The position numbers were made by a program, and so were the translations under genes. DNA of 32,000 bases from an uncultured Chloroflexia bacterium (GTDB lineage: Bacteria > Chloroflexota > Anaerolineae > Anaerolineales > Anaerolineaceae), in assembly GCA_963704755.1 (NCBI GenBank), contig OY969938.1:1920001-1952000 (forward strand), in the 5' to 3' direction. Each line of letters starts with the position of its first letter. Position 1 is the stretch's first letter. This document shows positions 31,985-32,000 of the stretch, in pieces. The notes under the pieces were generated by a model. That model saw only the letters and a list, made by a program, of their open reading frames with translations, was not told the origin of the DNA and ran no database searches.

Positions 31985-32000
31985 GAACTCCGCGAAGTTA

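Overview
High-GC bacterial chromosomal window. Gene content and repeat style suggest Chloroflexota/Anaerolineae, but the taxon cannot be proven from sequence alone. I support about 26 protein-coding genes and found no rRNA, intact tRNA, CRISPR array, transposase or integrase. In order, the genes are: a partial GT4 glycosyltransferase; an ADP-ribosylglycohydrolase; a compact minus-strand operon (NuoE-like, NuoF-like, small 2Fe-2S ferredoxin, PAS protein, SpoIIE/PP2C phosphatase) with no catalytic hydrogenase or dehydrogenase subunit; a 4xCBS protein; a TetR - alpha/beta hydrolase - DrrAB-like ABC-2 exporter string, divergent from a CocE/NonD hydrolase; a TMEM175-like channel; a GAF-GAF HisKA_3 kinase with a NarL/LuxR regulator; alpha-glucan phosphorylase with a UPF0316 protein; an NfeD protease; a GH1 beta-glucosidase; an SPFH/stomatin protein; a membrane-anchored sulfite-oxidase-family Mo enzyme; a relic glycosyltransferase C-terminus; and a large hybrid kinase (2xPAS, 2xREC, Hpt) followed by a REC-CpaE/TadZ-like protein. 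The most unusual content is non-coding. (i) A family of perfect 21-33 bp palindromes with a GC-TTC-GC or G-AAA-C apex, whose members differ in sequence but are each perfectly self-complementary. (ii) A 480-bp convergent intergenic region filled with about 36 in-phase octamers (CACCG/CACTG type) plus an inverted CAGTG-type array. (iii) A composite dispersed element built from triple heptads (CACGGAG / CACAGAG / CGCAGAG) around a conserved 33-nt core. (iv) An 885-bp ORF-free region holding a MITE-like foldback and a tRNA 3'-end-like fragment. The best protein-level candidate for something undescribed is the hydrogenase-less NuoEF-Fd-PAS-PP2C module. All functional claims rest on motif recognition by eye, since no searches were run.
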